In this document: positions 8,581 through 17,781 of the stretch, piece after piece
How positions within the stretch are numbered: the stretch's first letter is position 1
Layout of the letters: every line of letters starts with the position of its first letter
From: Minisyncoccota bacterium
Lineage (GTDB): Bacteria; Patescibacteriota; Minisyncoccia; Phycocordibacterales; UBA2100
Assembly (NCBI GenBank): GCA_022842645.1
Contig: JALHPE010000001.1
Span: 135,711 to 199,710, forward strand
Length of the DNA: 64,000 nucleotides
Direction of reading: 5' to 3'
The notes under the pieces: model-generated
What the model was told of the DNA's origin: nothing
The model's input: only the letters and a program-made list of their open reading frames with translations
Database searches by the model: none
Program-made: the position numbers and the translations under genes

Positions 8581-8892
8581 TTATAGTATTTCAACCAAAA
8601 ATGCATCTATAGCAGGCTCATCATATGGATGCACCAAACGAATTGCCGCTACAACTTTTTCTATCAGTGCAGGTTCGCAGACAAATTCAATTCTTTCCTC
8701 TTCAACTTCCTCTAATGCGCCTATCTCTCCAATCGCCGGATGCGCCCCGTTCTCGGGTTTAAAGCGTCCGGTACCAACGGAACTAAAGGAACAAAAAGAA
8801 TAGTTCCCAATTTTACCGCCGCCCGCATTCCCGATTGCCTCTCGCACGGTATTTGCATGGGTTCGCGGCACAGTCACACATACTTTCATCAT
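8581..8892 (-). CDS. stand-alone PII-like domain protein homologous to the insert domain of Nif3/YqfO (GTP cyclohydrolase 1 type 2 homologue)
   Basis: ~100 aa. VREAIGNAGGGKIGNYSFCSFSSVGTGRFKPENGAHPAIGEIG...HPYDEPAIDAFLV closely parallels the remembered YqfO/Nif3 insert-domain sequence (GNYSHCSF...GTGTF...HPYEEPAYD). Confidence 0.5.
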   Translation of the reverse strand: MMKVCVTVPRTHANTVREAIGNAGGGKIGNYSFCSFSSVGTGRFKPENGAHPAIGEIGALEEVEEERIEFVCEPALIEKVVAAIRLVHPYDEPAIDAFLVEIL

Positions 8893-8897
8893 TTTCA

Positions 8898-9156
8898 TGG
8901 AGCCGACGACCGGGATTGAACCGGTGACCTCGTCCTTCGCTTACACCTCCCCTTTAAATATACGGGAGGGCTAGACTGTATATTCGACCACGAGGGTCGC
9001 CCTTGTCAGTCGTTCGGGCTCGAAATGATTTCGCGCCACGGTCTTGGCTCTTCTAAGCTATTAACCGTTATTCGGGATTCATGTGCACTTTGCAACACAC
9101 ATGGGCGGGGACTGCGTCCCACCAAGGACGTGCTCTACCAACTGAGCTACGTCGGC
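8898..9156 (-). tRNA. tRNA-Thr(GGU) interrupted in the anticodon loop by a ~183-nt group-I-like intron (5' exon 9121-9156, 3' exon 8898-8937)
   Basis: 5' exon GCCGACG-UA-GCUC-AGUUGGU-AGAGC-A-CGUCC-UUGGU. 3' exon AA-GGACG-AGGUC-ACCGG-UUCAAUC-CCGGU-CGUCGGC-U-CCA. Joined, they give a perfect cloverleaf with anticodon loop UUGGUAA. The 5' exon ends in U and the intervening sequence ends in G. Confidence 0.7.
8938..9120 (-). ncRNA. compact group-I-like intron within tRNA-Thr(GGU)
   Basis: GCCAAG inside the intron can pair with exon end CUUGGU, giving a U.G pair at the splice site. R/S-like core elements GAACGACUGACAAGG and AAUAUACAGUCUAGCC with P7-like pairing GACUG/CAGUC. Terminal G. Several internal hairpins. 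Confidence 0.5.
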
Positions 9157-9189
9157 TTTCTATCGAACATCGATAGAAAACCCACAATA

Positions 9190-9912
9190 TCACGCGATTT
9201 CGTAGTCCCAAAGTTCTTTAATGATAGATTCTGCGGCTGTGTCGTTTATGTCGCGACCCACTAATCCTGTCTGGTCTAAAAGCTGTTTCTCTAACTGTAA
9301 GGATAACTCCCGATGTTTCTCAACTTCGTTAAACCACGTCAGTGTATCTGCATGTGGCGCATATCGAACACGCGCTTCTGCAATACGCTCTTCCACGGAA
9401 AGTATCGAGAGCGGGCCAACGCGCGTATCTGCATATTGTATGATTTGAGCTTCGCGAGATCCTTCTGATAAAATCTTTTCGAGACGCCCGGAACCAATCT
9501 GCATGAACATCGTATAGACTCGATCCAGATGCAGTTCCTGTAGAATCGCAGATGTGGCCGTGTACTCATCGAACCCGTAGAGCGCGCGTATGTTATTTCG
9601 CACCGTAATCCAATGATCCACTTCTTGTTCTGTGTAAAACCCGTATGAGTCTCCCTCAAAATCAAACTTTACAATCGCACCAATGTCGTGAAGGAGGCAC
9701 GTACTTACCACAAGATCGGTATCAACCGCTTCCTTCTGCGCCTCGGCAACCATTCTTCCCACTGCAGCAACGCGTACCTGATGCAACTGAAGCCACGGTG
9801 GCACTTGGTATTTCTCGTAAATATCTTTGACGCGCATCCCGAGAACGATATCACACTGTACACAGTCCTCTACACACCCCAGCCTCGTGGGCTCTATACT
9901 GCTCATATGCAT
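9190..9912 (-). CDS. HD-domain phosphohydrolase (start taken at internal Met MHMSS; the longer ORF to 10134 is probably not real)
   Basis: LLHDIG HD motif plus downstream D residue. Longer ORF overlaps the convergent/divergent neighbour. Confidence 0.55.
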   Translation of the reverse strand: MHMSSIEPTRLGCVEDCVQCDIVLGMRVKDIYEKYQVPPWLQLHQVRVAAVGRMVAEAQKEAVDTDLVVSTCLLHDIGAIVKFDFEGDSYGFYTEQEVDHWITVRNNIRALYGFDEYTATSAILQELHLDRVYTMFMQIGSGRLEKILSEGSREAQIIQYADTRVGPLSILSVEERIAEARVRYAPHADTLTWFNEVEKHRELSLQLEKQLLDQTGLVGRDINDTAAESIIKELWDYEIA

Positions 9913-10293
9913 GAACTCTTTAGACATCTTGCCCACCGCGCGAGTGAGCGACTTGGTTCCCCTTGGGCATTTGCGTTCGCCCTCGGCATCATTGTCCTGT
10001 GGGCGCTCGCAGGCCCCTTCCTTGGATTCTCCACAACGTGGCAGCTTCTCATCAATACTGCGACAACTGTTCTCACCTTTCTCATGGTGTTTCTCATCCA
10101 AAACACTCAAAACCGCGATACGCGCGCGGTACATCTCAAGCTCGACGAACTTATCCGCGCCGTAAAAGCCGCGCGCAATAATCTCATCGATCTCGAGGAA
10201 CTCTCAGACGCGGAGCTTGATGAGTTTGAAGACGAGTTTCGTCGCATCCGCGCCCATAAAACCACACGTCCGCGCACTAAGGTTACCGAGTGA
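9907..10293 (+). CDS. small membrane protein of the low-affinity iron permease (Fet4-like, PF04120-type) family
   Basis: GSPWAFAFALGIIVLWALAGPFLGFSTTWQLLINTATTVLTFLMVFLIQNTQNRDTRAVHLKLDELIRA matches the remembered conserved core of bacterial Fet4-like proteins. Start at ATG 9907. Confidence 0.5.
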   Translation: MHELFRHLAHRASERLGSPWAFAFALGIIVLWALAGPFLGFSTTWQLLINTATTVLTFLMVFLIQNTQNRDTRAVHLKLDELIRAVKAARNNLIDLEELSDAELDEFEDEFRRIRAHKTTRPRTKVTE

Positions 10294-10795
10294 GCTCTTC
10301 GATGCGTGCACGCACCTCATCCATTTGGATGGGCCCCCGTTGGTGGAAAATAATTTCACTATTTGAATCAATAAAGACTGTTTCGGGCATAGCATATCCT
10401 CCGATTGATCGGAAGAACGCATCGTCGGGGTCAAGTAGTATCTCAACACCTGAGAGGCCCAGGGGATCGGTAAATGCACGCGCCTCTTCAAGAGACTCGG
10501 CGCGATTCACTGCAAGAATAGTGATTTTGTCACCAAATTCGTTCTTGAGCTCGTGAAGGTTCTTCAGCTCTTCGGCGCAATAGGGACACCAAGAAGCCCA
10601 CGTGTGCGCAACGATAATTGATCGCTTGAATTCTGAAAGCGGCACTTCTTTTCCATCATATGAGCGCAGCGTGAGATTATATTCTTCACGGAATGTCTCT
10701 GAGCCAGGTGTGGGGCGGGTAAAGAAATAATACCCCACTGCACCAACCACAATGATGCTTGCCAGACCAACGCCAATAAATAGTTGTTTTTGCAT
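10283..10795 (-). CDS. TlpA/ResA-like membrane-anchored thiol:disulfide oxidoreductase (thioredoxin fold)
   Basis: N-terminal TM helix. WASWCPYCAEEL CxxC active site. Thioredoxin-like length. Confidence 0.8.
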   Translation of the reverse strand: MQKQLFIGVGLASIIVVGAVGYYFFTRPTPGSETFREEYNLTLRSYDGKEVPLSEFKRSIIVAHTWASWCPYCAEELKNLHELKNEFGDKITILAVNRAESLEEARAFTDPLGLSGVEILLDPDDAFFRSIGGYAMPETVFIDSNSEIIFHQRGPIQMDEVRARIEELTR

Positions 10796-10796
10796 A

Positions 10797-12458
10797 CTAA
10801 CCAGTCCAATTAAAGAGGAGGATACTAAAATCAGCAAGGTTCACCGTGCCGTCGGCGTTGAAATCACTCTCTGCATCAGAGGTAAGCCACGCAGAGAGCA
10901 TGATGGAGAAATCGGTGAGATTGACCTTACCATCGCCATTTATATCCGTGGATCCTGTCGTTGAAGGTGCCCTCTCTCCTAAGCCAAGAATGAGTGGTGG
11001 ACTAAGGGGGCTTACTTTGTCTTCAACTTCTCCACGCGCTTGAATGACATAGCTTCCGTCTGAAATGCGCGATCCCGGCACCGTCTCACGCCACTGACCG
11101 TCGGTAGTCGAGGCATTTGTTGCACTCACCTGACTAAGGAGTGAACCAATTTTCCGCCACACAATCACGCGCACCGTACTCCCAGGTATACTCTCGCCTG
11201 TGAGCGATAGATCTTTCCCAAGCTGAGGCTCAGTAATTGCTCCCAGTGTTGGCGAGAGAAGAATGTCAGAAACGCGGTTGTTCGTACCACTTTCAAGCGT
11301 GAGCGTTGTGGTATAGGAAGCGGTCGTGCGGCCACCCGAATCGCGCGCATACGCTGCAAAAGTATATACACCACGCTCAAGGCGATCGATCGTCGTTTCG
11401 AATAACCCATCTGAGCTAGCCTGCGCCGTCCTCGCAACCACACCGTCTTTCAGAATGGTTACCGTACTTCCCGAAGGTGCCCACCCCGAAAGTTCGAATC
11501 CTGCGAGGTAGAGCACACTACTTCCATCAGGAAAAGGACCGACACCACCGTTCCCAGTCGAGCCTGACTCCGATGCAATGGAAGTATTACTCACCGGAGT
11601 TGGTGCAAGTGTAAACGTAATTGCATAGTCATCGGTGTTTACATTAAGACTCGTATCGACACAGCGCACATAGTAATTGTAGGTGGTGCTGTTCACGTGC
11701 CCCGAAACGGTCGTGAAAAATAATGTACCCGCGTTAGCCGAAGAAAATACTCCGGGCATCGATGCATACGCAACTCCTGTTGTGGTTGCATACCGACACG
11801 TGGCTGCTTCATTGGTCTCGAGCGAAAGTTGGATCACGCTATTCCCCGCTGAAATTGTTCCTGAGGGAAGTCCATTCACCCGCGTCGGCGGTTGCGGCGC
11901 TTGCTGCACCGTCACGGCAACCGGCTGAACAATTGCAATCATGGCAGCTCCGTTATCAAGCACCCCGCTACCACCCTCCGTTGCAAGCGAGACGCGGTAT
12001 GAGCCAATACCTGCAGGGTTCACTGGAAACCGATTCCCTAGTGCGCCATACGACGCATTGCCGAGCGTTATGCGCACCCTATCCCCCGCAGCAAGTCCTG
12101 TGGTCGAATTCAATACAATAATGACGGTTCCTCCTGAAAGCGAAATACCATCGGTGCTCGTGCCTGCGCTCGCAGAGAGTTCGCGCTGAGTGAACGGCCC
12201 ACCAGAAGAAACCTCAACATCGACGTCAGTGTAATCAAAGCCTGATTGTAATGTGAACGCACCACCCTCCGGCACAATACGCACAACACCAGAAGGCGGT
12301 ATGGGGGAAGTTAGGGTAAACGTAACTATGTGTGTCGAAGTTGCGCTCGGTGCAGAAGTCGAAACAAGATCGCTCACCACAAGTAACGCACCCGCACGCG
12401 TTGTGCTAAGTGCGATACCAAAAATGATGACACAGAAGACTGCGAACAGTGCCCGCAT
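10797..12458 (-). CDS. secreted multi-Ig/Fn3-like surface protein with C-terminal dockerin-like module
   Basis: Signal peptide MRALFAVFCVIIFGIALSTTRA. C-terminus DINGDGKVNLTDFSIMLSAWL...DFNADGTVNLADFSILLFNW is a duplicated Ca-binding dockerin-type repeat (DxNxDGxVNxxD). Confidence 0.65.
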   Translation of the reverse strand: MRALFAVFCVIIFGIALSTTRAGALLVVSDLVSTSAPSATSTHIVTFTLTSPIPPSGVVRIVPEGGAFTLQSGFDYTDVDVEVSSGGPFTQRELSASAGTSTDGISLSGGTVIIVLNSTTGLAAGDRVRITLGNASYGALGNRFPVNPAGIGSYRVSLATEGGSGVLDNGAAMIAIVQPVAVTVQQAPQPPTRVNGLPSGTISAGNSVIQLSLETNEAATCRYATTTGVAYASMPGVFSSANAGTLFFTTVSGHVNSTTYNYYVRCVDTSLNVNTDDYAITFTLAPTPVSNTSIASESGSTGNGGVGPFPDGSSVLYLAGFELSGWAPSGSTVTILKDGVVARTAQASSDGLFETTIDRLERGVYTFAAYARDSGGRTTASYTTTLTLESGTNNRVSDILLSPTLGAITEPQLGKDLSLTGESIPGSTVRVIVWRKIGSLLSQVSATNASTTDGQWRETVPGSRISDGSYVIQARGEVEDKVSPLSPPLILGLGERAPSTTGSTDINGDGKVNLTDFSIMLSAWLTSDAESDFNADGTVNLADFSILLFNWTG

Positions 12459-12484
12459 AGAAGAAGTATAACGCGCTCATGCAC

Positions 12485-12892
12485 CTACGACTGCTTGAGA
12501 TTCACGATTCCACCTCGCGGAACCCGCTTCCCCCGTCGATAGTCAAAAAAGAAGTTGAGGCCGACAAGGATGGAGAGAATGATACTGGCAATAAAACTGG
12601 CTAAGGGGAGCAAATCTCGTTCGCGAAGCGAAAGAGCTTCTTCACGTTCAAGGACACGCTCTTCACGTACCTCAAGTAGAGTTTCTTTTTGTGCGAGCTG
12701 TGTCGCAATCGTGTTTTCGGGCGTGACCGGAACCGATGCCGAAGCACCTACCACGTTTGCAACCATCTGAATGCCACCCTGCGCGACAGCACCAGGTACA
12801 CCATGAAGTGCCGAGTATGAAAGCAGAAGCACTGCAATAGCTGCAGGCGCATGCACACTCCATGTGCGCCGTTTGTGGTGATGTGTTTTCAT
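12485..12892 (-). CDS. hypothetical membrane-anchored coiled-coil protein
   Basis: Hydrophobic N-region, charged coiled-coil (LLEVREERVLEREEALSLRERDLL), C-terminal TM. Confidence 0.3.
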   Translation of the reverse strand: MKTHHHKRRTWSVHAPAAIAVLLLSYSALHGVPGAVAQGGIQMVANVVGASASVPVTPENTIATQLAQKETLLEVREERVLEREEALSLRERDLLPLASFIASIILSILVGLNFFFDYRRGKRVPRGGIVNLKQS

Positions 12893-12899
12893 ACCCCTC

Positions 12900-13949
12900 T
12901 CACGCAAACAGGAAGAAGAGAAGTCCGAAAGAGACGACGGCAAAGAGAAATACACCTGCGACAATGGCCATCATCCGAAGCGCGGATCGCTCATAACGTC
13001 TTCCCATGTAGTCCTTATTACCCGATCCCCCCATCTCACGTAATTTTTTTCTGATGTACGAACGAACAAAAAGGAAAAGGAGGAGCGCAGCAGCAAAGAG
13101 TGAGCCTAGAACAGTGAGGATGAGCGTCGCAGGAAGTACCCAAAATGTTGTAACCCCCGAGATACTCTTCCTACTATCCTCGCCATAGGCAAGACTTAAG
13201 ACTGCTTGGTACCTGCCAAATGCAAATGAGTCATGGTCCCAGGTGGGGCGATAGATGCGCTCTGTTTCTGGGAATATGGCTCCGCCGGAGTCATTGACCC
13301 GTACGACCGCAACTTGATTGCCACGCATATTCGTAATCTCGATTGTGCCTCGTGGACGCACTAAAACATTACTCAGGTTCTCAACACGCACGGTAAAGTC
13401 GACATTGGGCGTACTATACACACTACTACCACTCGAGAACTCGCGCAGTCGCGCCTCCTCAACAATATCTCCTGAAATACGTAGACTGATCACACTGCCT
13501 ACCTGAATACCGATAGCTGCCCCGGTTTCTCCTGGACTTGGTGGCGTTGCGGCAAAAAATACACCTCCGAAGTGTGATCCCGGCGTTGCCTCCAAGGGAA
13601 TGCGCACCGTAAACGCAACGGATTTTGATTCACCAACAGCAAGTGCGACTGAAGTAGTCTCCGGCTGGATCCACTGACTAATCTCATACCCTGTTGCTTG
13701 TCCCTCAGCCGCAAAAACAGGAAGCCCTTCGTCATCAACACCAAGAATATCTTCAATAAGAACGTAGTAGGTACGATCTTCTGATGCAAGGTTTTTAACC
13801 GTAAGCGTGAAGCGATAGGTATCCCCAGGATTCACCCGGTCTTCAACAATACCCGGCTTGATCTCAACGCCCTGAGTTTGGGCAAGCGCAAAAGGCGCCG
13901 CACCGAGGAGAAGCACTATGGCGAGGAGGGATGTGATGATGTCTTTCAT
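12900..13949 (-). CDS. CscA-like cell-surface protein (signal peptide + DUF916-like + DUF3324-like beta-sandwich domains + C-terminal TM anchor and basic tail), paralog 1
   Basis: Signal peptide. Domain-1 end motif PGSHFGGVFF. Domain-2 motif RPRGTIEITNMRGNQV...GRYQAVLSLAYG...TTFWVLP. TM LILTVLGSLFAAALLLFLFV followed by RSYIRKKLR. Confidence 0.55.
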   Translation of the reverse strand: MKDIITSLLAIVLLLGAAPFALAQTQGVEIKPGIVEDRVNPGDTYRFTLTVKNLASEDRTYYVLIEDILGVDDEGLPVFAAEGQATGYEISQWIQPETTSVALAVGESKSVAFTVRIPLEATPGSHFGGVFFAATPPSPGETGAAIGIQVGSVISLRISGDIVEEARLREFSSGSSVYSTPNVDFTVRVENLSNVLVRPRGTIEITNMRGNQVAVVRVNDSGGAIFPETERIYRPTWDHDSFAFGRYQAVLSLAYGEDSRKSISGVTTFWVLPATLILTVLGSLFAAALLLFLFVRSYIRKKLREMGGSGNKDYMGRRYERSALRMMAIVAGVFLFAVVSFGLLFFLFA

Positions 13950-14012
13950 GGTCTCTTCCCCTATGGGGCGAGTGTAGCATGCCGCTGCACCCTACCCCAG
14001 CCCACCCCTCGG

Positions 14013-15176
14013 CTAGAAGACGGGGGTTGCAACGTACGTGAGTGTATTCGTGTAATCCGTACCTGCTTCCTGAAGCGAGGTGATCGCTATCCTGAAGCCA
14101 ATGTCAGTCGTACCTATATTTGCCGTTGTACCATCCGATGGGCCGTTGTGATGGAAGACCGCGCGAGAGGTTGTCGCAAAGTTACCCACAAAGAGCGCCG
14201 TACCAAACTCATCAGTGTTGAGATCATCCTCTGATGTGATACCAAAGTGACCATACGTATTCTCGGAACCAAGTGTTCCTGCAGGATACGACCACGGGCC
14301 AGGAGTGGAGTTACCATTACCATTTGCAAACGGATCAATGTCGGCACCTGTCGCGGAAGTGAGGTTTTGATCTTGTCTGATGGTGACTGTGAAGCCGTTT
14401 GCGGCGTTGGTCGCAACGGTGAGACGCTGCCCCGCCGTGGTGGATGCGTTCACGGTTGGATCAAGAAAACCAAACGCGATAGCGGTTGCAGATGTGGTAG
14501 TGGATGTTGTGATTCCATTTACATCAGTACCATTCGGAAGACCAGCAATGGTAAAGGTGAAGCTTGTGGCAACAGCTGCGGTTACCACTACATCGTCAAT
14601 GATAGCAACACGCGTATCTGCCTGATCGAGAACGGAAGATGCCGAACCTTGGTTACGGCTCTCTACACGAACCACATATGACTGAGCAGAGCTTGGGTTC
14701 ACAATGTTACTTGTTGTTGCAATTGGCAAACTGATCGCGGTTGAGGTAGCAATAACGTCGTTTGCGCAGATAGTGAGCGTGAAGGCCTCAGTGGTAGTGG
14801 AGAGCGTAAACTCGCCGGGGCCGGCGGTACAGGTTGCGACGACTGAAAGACCGGACTCTGAAACAAAGTCAGCTGCTTCAAGATTGTTGATCTGGAAGTT
14901 GTCCCCCGTTGGATCGAAGTCCACAAAGATAGTATCAGCACCACCAAGATCATTAAGCGCCGTTTGAACCGTGAAGTTGATCGTGTGGCCTGAGCGAACA
15001 CCCAAATCAGAATCCGTGAGTGTGTCGCTCACGTTCGTAAAGCTTGCCGCGTTTGCATTTTTGAGAGAAAGCGGAAAGCCGGTCGCCCACACTAAAGCGG
15101 CGATCGCGAGGATCGAAAGGAGTTTGCGAGCAAGTGTGTTGTCGAGCGAGAGAGCAAATACGTGCTTGTTATTCAT
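14013..15176 (-). CDS. secreted T/S/N-rich surface protein with C-terminal WxL-like motif (Tyr in place of Trp)
   Basis: Signal peptide. Low-complexity T/S-rich body. C-terminus ...QEAGTDYTNTLTYVATPVF resembles the second WxL motif (YxGxLTWxLxxxP). Adjacent to CscA-like paralogs. Confidence 0.5.
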   Translation of the reverse strand: MNNKHVFALSLDNTLARKLLSILAIAALVWATGFPLSLKNANAASFTNVSDTLTDSDLGVRSGHTINFTVQTALNDLGGADTIFVDFDPTGDNFQINNLEAADFVSESGLSVVATCTAGPGEFTLSTTTEAFTLTICANDVIATSTAISLPIATTSNIVNPSSAQSYVVRVESRNQGSASSVLDQADTRVAIIDDVVVTAAVATSFTFTIAGLPNGTDVNGITTSTTTSATAIAFGFLDPTVNASTTAGQRLTVATNAANGFTVTIRQDQNLTSATGADIDPFANGNGNSTPGPWSYPAGTLGSENTYGHFGITSEDDLNTDEFGTALFVGNFATTSRAVFHHNGPSDGTTANIGTTDIGFRIAITSLQEAGTDYTNTLTYVATPVF

Positions 15177-15367
15177 AAGGTGGTTTCCGGCGCAAGTAAT
15201 GACATGTGCTAATGAGTTTATTAAGCAACACGCGTCCGATGCAGGGTCACCGTGCACGTCTTCTTACCTGGGTCATTGTAAACGACAAATATTGGACAAG
15301 TCATGAGAATTACGGCGCAATTGTGGATAACTCCCCTTGCGATACTACTGTCCTTTTCAAAAGGACG

Positions 15368-16618
15368 TTACTGGACGACCCCTTCTTGTTCTGAAGCGGT
15401 TTCTCGTACCTCAAACGATCGATTAGGATCGAGGGATTTTTGAAGATATGAAATACCCGACACAGCTCCCACAATAAGGAGTGCAAGAAACAGGAAAAAA
15501 AGCTTATATTTCGTCATAAATCCGGTAACCGTGACTGGTGAGGTGGATATACTGACGGGAAGAGATGGTTCTGACCGCACAACGCGACGTAAATCAACGA
15601 CGCCCTCGCGAAGCGGCTCTGCAAGCGAAGCAAGAGAAGGTGTGGACTCTTCCGTCCCCGCACTCACCCCTCGTCGTTCTCGCTCGAGAGTAAGCGCGCG
15701 ACGGATATACCGGCGAATAAACCACACCAAGGCAAGGATAAAGAGGAGTAACGAACCAAGCAGCGTGGCCACCGGCACGACCGGAACTACCCAGAAGTAG
15801 GTGGTAGCTGAAACGCTCTGTTTTTCACCATCGCCAAACGAAAGTGTTGCAACAGCACTGTACCGGCCGATGTCAAAGAGTTCAGCATCTCCCTTCCACG
15901 AGAACTCGAACTTGCGAATACTCTGCGGTAACACATTTCCAAACGAACTGGATTCGTTGATTGGGAGTACACCCCGCTCTTTCCCCCACATGTTGTAGAT
16001 TGTGATGAGCCCGCGTGGAATAAGATGTGTGTTGCCGGTATTTTCGAAACGGAGAAGGAACGAGGCCTCGTTTGTTTGATAGAGCTCGCGTTCAGTCCGA
16101 AACTCGCGAATACGTCCCCGCTCTAGTACCTCTCCTTCAATGCGAACAAAAAGAAGAGAGGAGACGAGTGTTGAAACCGCAACTGAAGTGCCGCTTGTGT
16201 TTACTTCAGGCGGCTGGGTACCAATAAGAATTGCGGCATAGTGTCCGCCGGGCGACGCCCCTTCTGGAATGTTCACCGTAAAGGGGATGTCGGCGCTCGA
16301 GCCGGGCGGTACGGTGATAGGTTCGCTCGGAATGCTCACCCATGAGGCGAGTCCGATACTCGCCCCACCCACAATTGGAGTTAGCGATGCGGCCCCACCC
16401 TCACCATCCGCAGAAAAGTCCATCAGCTGCGCGTAATAGGTTACGTCGTACGGATTCGTGTTCACAACCTTCAAAGAACTCGCCCACGATTCTCCGCGAC
16501 CAATGGTGAGCTGTATCAAGGGCGGCGTTACCGTAACCGAAAGTGCACCTTGTGTTTGTGCGCCCGAACCAAGTGGTAAAAGAAGCGCTAGAAGGACGAT
16601 GAGGGCTCTCATCTTCAT
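15368..16618 (-). CDS. CscA-like cell-surface protein (DUF916/DUF3324-like architecture), paralog 2
   Basis: Signal peptide MKMRALIVLLALLLPLGSGA. PGGHYAAILI. IPRGLITIYNMWGKE...GRYSAVATLSFG...TYFWVVP. C-terminal TM + RRYIRR basic tail. Long cytoplasmic/charged extension. Confidence 0.55.
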   Translation of the reverse strand: MKMRALIVLLALLLPLGSGAQTQGALSVTVTPPLIQLTIGRGESWASSLKVVNTNPYDVTYYAQLMDFSADGEGGAASLTPIVGGASIGLASWVSIPSEPITVPPGSSADIPFTVNIPEGASPGGHYAAILIGTQPPEVNTSGTSVAVSTLVSSLLFVRIEGEVLERGRIREFRTERELYQTNEASFLLRFENTGNTHLIPRGLITIYNMWGKERGVLPINESSSFGNVLPQSIRKFEFSWKGDAELFDIGRYSAVATLSFGDGEKQSVSATTYFWVVPVVPVATLLGSLLLFILALVWFIRRYIRRALTLERERRGVSAGTEESTPSLASLAEPLREGVVDLRRVVRSEPSLPVSISTSPVTVTGFMTKYKLFFLFLALLIVGAVSGISYLQKSLDPNRSFEVRETASEQEGVVQ

Positions 16619-17775
16619 GCGCGGCGCTTGAGATTAATGACCTGGCCCTCAGTCGCAACCCTCGATTGAGTGGGTGCTTTTTTTGAGAGATCGACCGTGT
16701 GAGACACAGCTTGTGGCGTAGCACGCGTGATGATTGGCGGTCGTTCTTGCACAGGTGAAGGATCAACTGGCGGGACTAGCGGCACAGGAGTCGGTACAGG
16801 AGTGGAGGGAGCTGCAGGGGCACTTGGCACCACCTCCGCAAGCGGCAATCCATGCGCAAGCGCAAATTTCTTGTGGTGCCGCACTTCCAGCCAGCGATGC
16901 GAATAAAGGGCAAGAACAATGATTGCGATAAGACTCACAATAATGAGCCCCAAGAGCTGTTGCCACGGAATAATCCAGAAAAAAACCGTATCCTGAACAG
17001 AAGCCGTCTGACTCGAGCCGTAATCAACATTCAAGTACGCCTTATAGCGACCAAAGCCGCTTGCGGCACTCCAGACCGATGCAAGCTGACTCACCTGACT
17101 CGGCGAGACCTCCTTACCATCTGCATTCACTTCAACAGACGCAACTTCGGTACCCTTGCGATCATAAATACGAATCTCACCTTTGGGTTTCAGTTCTTGG
17201 TTACCAATATTTTCAAGTTGGTAGTTGAAGAGCACATCATCGCCTGAGAAAAAAAGTGAATCCGTCTTGAATGCCTTGAGTTGCATGAACTCTTTAATAT
17301 CTTCTTGAACTTCGAGATTGACCGCAACAACCGCAAGCGGCGTTGAGTTTTCGGCAGACGCACGATCGCCGCCGTCGCCAAAAGAGATTGATGCGTGATA
17401 GGTGCCTGGCACTGCGTTCGCGGTGATACGCACCACAAATGGAAGCGTTTTCTCTTCACCCGGGTTCAATTCCACGACACCACGCGAGAGCTCGATCCAA
17501 TTCGCTAATGAATCTGCTCGGTCATCGGCATTTTGTGCTGAGACAAATTCCTCTTCCCCCTCCCGCGCATCCACATCATTCACACTGGGAAACAGATTGA
17601 GTTTACGCTCGGTCGTGTTGCGCACCGTGATCGAGCGCTTCAGAATGTCGCGCGCTTTTGCTTTGTCATCGATGACTACCGGGGTGACTTCAAGCTCCGC
17701 AGCGAATGCCGGTTGCGCAACCACGAGAAGTGCGAAGAGAACCACCGAGAACCGAAGCATAGATGTGAATAGCAT
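16615..17775 (-). CDS. CscA-like cell-surface protein, paralog 3, with Pro-rich C-terminal tail
   Basis: Signal peptide. PGTYHASISF. KPKGEIRIYDRKGTE...GRYKAYLNVDYG...VFFWIIP. TM. Pro-rich tail PAAPSTPVPTPVPLVPPVDPSPV. Confidence 0.55.
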   Translation of the reverse strand: MLFTSMLRFSVVLFALLVVAQPAFAAELEVTPVVIDDKAKARDILKRSITVRNTTERKLNLFPSVNDVDAREGEEEFVSAQNADDRADSLANWIELSRGVVELNPGEEKTLPFVVRITANAVPGTYHASISFGDGGDRASAENSTPLAVVAVNLEVQEDIKEFMQLKAFKTDSLFFSGDDVLFNYQLENIGNQELKPKGEIRIYDRKGTEVASVEVNADGKEVSPSQVSQLASVWSAASGFGRYKAYLNVDYGSSQTASVQDTVFFWIIPWQQLLGLIIVSLIAIIVLALYSHRWLEVRHHKKFALAHGLPLAEVVPSAPAAPSTPVPTPVPLVPPVDPSPVQERPPIITRATPQAVSHTVDLSKKAPTQSRVATEGQVINLKRRA

Positions 17776-17781
17776 ACCAGA

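Noticed and set aside
7606-8600. Looked for the canonical RF2 +1 frameshift (upstream short frame-0 ORF, CUU UGA C).
   Set aside because: ORF is uninterrupted and the tRNA gene abuts the start; no room for a frame-0 leader.
9190-10134. Full 314-aa ORF for the HD-domain protein.
   Set aside because: N-terminal 74 aa are Cys/Arg-rich low complexity overlapping the convergent Fet4-like gene on the other strand; the internal Met gives a sensible HD protein.
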